A stretch of DNA of 64,000 nucleotides, from assembly GCA_965178125.1 (NCBI GenBank), contig OZ237761.1, positions 496,001-560,000 of the forward strand, in the 5' to 3' direction. This document shows, in pieces, positions 60,126 through 64,000 of the stretch. Source of the DNA: Bilabrum cf. latius (Eukaryota). Both the position numbers and the translations under genes were made by a program. Below the pieces are notes generated by a model. It ran no database searches and was not told the DNA's origin. It saw nothing but the letters and a program-made list of their open reading frames with translations. Every line of letters starts with the position of its first letter. Within the stretch, counting starts at the first letter, position 1.

Positions 60126-63100
60126 TCACGAATAGTCCAATTCAATCGCCCCGCGCAGGCTGGCCCCGCCGTGACCCCACCCAGGGCACTGGATGCTTAT
60201 CCGGTTTGGCACACCCACACGAGCGGGCAGCTGCTGGAAGGTCGCGGCCTTGCCATTCACAACTACTGACCTGACCTGGTCCGGTTCACCGTCACGGAGC
60301 AAGACCACGATACTCGGGCACTAACCCGCTGGGACAGGTGCCCAGTCGATGTTGACGCACGCAGCACCAGCACTTGCCTCGCTTCGCAAACCGCTCTGTG
60401 CGCGCCCGTCACCAGTGCAGCTACCCAACTTCCTGGACACGTTCAGCAGCGGGCTTGAGAAAGCCCACTGGTCCTAATCATCAAGCCTAGCCGAGATCTA
60501 GATCTACCCCGCTTCAAAATGAGCACCGACAATTGCGGGAAGCCGCAGCTGCGCGGCCGCGTGCGACCACATGTTGTGCAGCTGCCAGTCGGCAACACCA
60601 CCCTGCCCCGCTGCTGGCACGCCCGGGCGAATGTAGTTATCAGAGCCCGTCCACGTTCCTGCCAGAATATCAGGGTACACCAGTGCGTGGTTCGCGAACG
60701 AGTTTTTCTTCACTTCGTCCCAAGCCGTGTCCGACAGACCCATCTTCCCGAGGGCCTCGACGTACGGCATGATGCCGCAGGGCCATGTGTTCGCGTAGTG
60801 CCCTTGGCCACCCCACGCAACGTAAGACTGATTCGTGAATTGCGCACCGATTGGGGAAGGGTCCCGCAGCCCAGATTGAATGGACCCCAGCACGTTCTCA
60901 ACCAGTGTTGCAGCACCAGCGGGTGCCTGCTATGGCACACCGGCCAGCAGGGCCCACGCGTTGGGTTCAAGCCACACGGCAGAGTCGTTGCTGCGGACCC
61001 CCGGTGGGCACGAGCCTGCGCTGCAACCTATCCATCCACTGCCCGGGCTGATCCAAGCTCGTCGGTAGTACAGCGGAGTTCCGTCAGCAGCCCGGTTCAC
61101 GGCCGCACGATTGAGCGAGATCACCAGCTCGCTGGCAAGACGATCCATGGCAGCCGCCCTGGCGCAGAGTGCCAGAGACGGGTCTGCATCGCATGTAGTC
61201 GACGTAGTCACCTCGACCGCGAGCCGAAATGCGTCTGCGGCGGCAGGCAGCATGTAAGCAGCCATGGCAGAATTCATCACTGTCTCCCCCTCAGTCTTGA
61301 GCTCGTCGCACTGGTCTGTGGTCAGGCCAATCGAGTGGCAAATTCCGTCGTTATGGTCTGCGAGAACAAGATGGAGACGTGAAAAGTACAAACGACACCG
61401 AATGATAGACTGCTAAAAGCGCCGCGCAAGCAAGTATCATTCGTGGCAGGCAGTAGAGCGGCATCATCACAGCCTTGCTTACCCATATGCAACATCTTGA
61501 GAAGGCCATGCTACCCTTTCCCAATGATAGTGTCGAGGCGCTGAAATAGCCACCAGAGAGCCTCGTGCAGCGGTACCCTGGCGGATGGCCCAGGGGCGCC
61601 AGCTGGTCCGGGCTCACCATGCTGGCTCACGTTGCGAGACAAGTTCTTGAACAGCACACCAACATCTCTCGTAGAAAGCACGTACCGCGCAGCAGCACCG
61701 AGCGTCCAGATCTCTAGGTCACTGGGATGCATCTACCGGCCGAGCGGGCTCGTGTAGTTCTCGCTGTACACCTGCCCGAACGTCTGCACGCCCCAGGGCA
61801 TGGTCCAGGCCGCATCGGCTTGCTGGATGGAAAACCGCACCATTTCAATCGTCGAGCCGCGACCGAGCGCCGACTCACTCACACCATAGCCAGAAGACTG
61901 TGCCCGATGCTCGTTCTGGCCAGCCTCATGGTGGAAGTTGTACACGAGCGGGGCGACGTGGCCGAGCGGGTCACGGATGGCACCTTGGAAGCCTGCGTGA
62001 TACTGGTACACCCCGGCCTGGTTAATGAGGAAGCCCTGCCAGAACGAGTCGTACGACATCGCGCCTCGGGTGTAACCTGCCTGCCATACCTGCTCTCGCT
62101 CTGCCCACGCGGCTGCGTCAGGGTCTCGCTTCGCGTCGGGCTGAAACCGGATACCGGTCGAAGCGAACTTGCGCGAGCTGGCCGTGAGCCACAGCGAAGC
62201 CCCACCCGGGGATGAGTGCGCTTGGAGCAGCGGTGCGATGAGGCCCACGGCTCCGCTAGGTGACTCTGGGACGCCTGGTGGCACGTACCCGCTAGCTAAA
62301 TGCAGCTGAGCTGCAAGGCCAGAGCCGATCATGCCATCTCCTGCATCGCCGTCCAAGGCATACGATGCAAGCGGTGCCTGGATGGCGAGCGATGTTGATG
62401 GTCCCGCAGCTGCACCGTCTGTGCCATCAAGAGGCTCTACAACCCTGGGCTGGTCAGGGCGCGACGAGTCCGGAAACAGAAACGTTCCGTTGGCAGACAC
62501 GGAGCAACCCCCGAAATCTGAAGTGGCCTGTGCTGTGGTACTAGCGCCATGCTTCGCGCCGGGTGCGAGCAGGACCAGAAACTGCGGCCTGGGGTGTTTG
62601 TCGTGCAGCGAGGGGGTTGGAAATTGTGACGGCCACGCATCCAAGCTTGATCCTGCCGCTGCTTCGGTCTGTGAGTGCGACAACGGCACAGCAGACGGCC
62701 CCGCCGCTACTGAATGGTCGTCGCTCATCGATGGCGCGGTTATCTGGTCGAAGAGCAGCAGCGCTAACGAGTCGGCAGGGCACGGGGCAGAGCTGCCTAC
62801 CAAGGCAGGGGTTACCGCGTATCCTCCAGGCAACCCGCCCTCAGTAGCCTGCAGCAGACCTCCGGGTCCTCGCCAAAACGTGCTTCTCACGCACGAGGCC
62901 GAGACGTTGTGGCCCCACGTTCGGCTGGCCTCGGTGTTCCAGCCCGTGGGAAGCAGCTCCTGAGCCAGCGTGGACCAGACCTCCGTATAAGCAGGAGGAT
63001 TGCTTGAAGTAGCCATCAATGCGGCGGAGACTGACACATTCACCTGGGACACGACGAAAGGAACGTCTCCAAATGGAGCTTGCACGACGTGCGAAATTGA

Positions 63101-63574
63101 AGCCGTACCTGCGCCTGCCGCTGTTGTCTTGCTTGCCTGTCCGACCCCAAACCGAATATTTAAATCTTTGCATTGACCGCCATCTGCAGTGTGGACTGGA
63201 CAACGGGATGAGGCTGCGATTCGGTCGCCTGCAGACACCCACCCCGCACCGCCCCGGAACTGCTTGAGAGACGCATCGAAGCCGTTCATGAGCTTGGGTC
63301 CACCCTCATCCTAGCGCAATGTCACAAGACCATCGGCTGCGCACAAGGCGACTAACCTATCGTTGCCAAACTGGTGTAACAAGGACCCGCTCTACGACTC
63401 GTTCGAAGCCCCGAGATAGGATACCGCAGGAAGAATGCCATCAGGTGTCGACCCCCAGCTGCCCCACATGTTACTCCCAGGACTATTATGTGGGCTATCT
63501 GGTTGCCCAAGAGATGGAACCAGCTGGGTCAATGCCAGTACGCATGCCGATATAATGAACCTGCAATAGTGCAA
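60126..63574 (-). CDS. Secreted GH94-like (alpha/alpha)6-barrel glycoside hydrolase/phosphorylase
   Basis: Signal peptide MHYCRFIISACVLALTQLVPSLG. Intron 61482-61358 gives G*HGLLKMLHMDHNDGI, spaced like the GH94 GxHGLxxxxxxDWND motif; also RDPLGH, SDLEIW, GETVMNS, WLEPNAWALLAG. Nine TAGs (63392, 63311, 61733, 61511, 60930, 60504, 60498, 60474, 60321); TGA at 60126. Confidence 0.72.
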
Positions 63575-64000
63575 CTGCCACCATGCAAACGATACGAAAT
63601 ATCATGCTACTCGACTTGCGGATTTAGAACAATGAGGAAAAGCTAGGATAACTATAATGGTTTGACTGACATGCTGTGGGCTCTTAAAGAAGCGAAATTT
63701 GCTCACAAAGATCCGTAAAATCGTGATCTTTTTGAAACGTGTCGTTTTCTCAAAATACGAATTTGGTCGTTCATCGTGCAGCTAGCGTGGTCCACACTGT
63801 TAGATTGTCGCTTCTATTGCGCCAGGCAGTCCATATTGTGCGACAAACACATCATTATACCTAATAGGATTGCTTAGACTGCCAGAAAGTGGTTTGAGAT
63901 TGCCGATTAGCGCTTGGGTCTGCACGTGGTATCGCGAAGGGAGCTATACTAGTGCTCACGTGGAGCCTTTTGTGATTCATAGCAGTCCAGTGTCTTTTAA

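Noticed and set aside
1-63574. Mass pseudogenisation or sequencing error as the cause of internal stops
   Set aside because: Interruptions are exclusively TAG with no frameshifts, occur on both strands, and hit conserved genes with intact motifs.
1-64000. tRNA (including a CUA suppressor), rRNA or transposon genes
   Set aside because: None recognised by eye; a tRNAscan-SE or Rfam search is needed to exclude them.

Overview
GC-rich, gene-dense eukaryotic nuclear DNA with short (~90-200 nt) GT-AG introns. Gene content and Ala/Ser/Gly-rich insertions suggest a flagellated heterotrophic protist, possibly a bicosoecid-like stramenopile (inference only). The main signal is a non-standard nuclear genetic code. 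About 90 in-frame TAG codons (hand count) interrupt 15 of 19 gene models, no model contains an internal TAA or TGA, and complete genes end in TGA (16) or TAA (2). TAG falls on conserved Gln positions in the MSH6 PIP box (M-*-KSLFSFF) and the roadblock C-terminus (LIVV-*-DP), so UAG most likely encodes Gln while UAA and UGA remain stops. Read this way, the fragmented ORF track collapses into 19 genes: ARM-like protein, BPI/LBP, roadblock light chain, PhyH dioxygenase, ricin lectin, UDP-sugar pyrophosphorylase, putative glycosidase, two ankyrin paralogues, TPT-family transporter, TKL kinase, an acidic protein, enkurin, MSH6, RCC1-repeat protein, ~2,900-aa PX/PH protein, IQ protein, ankyrin-FN3 protein and a secreted GH94-like enzyme. 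One ankyrin pseudogene is also present. All family calls come from motif recognition, not database searches.
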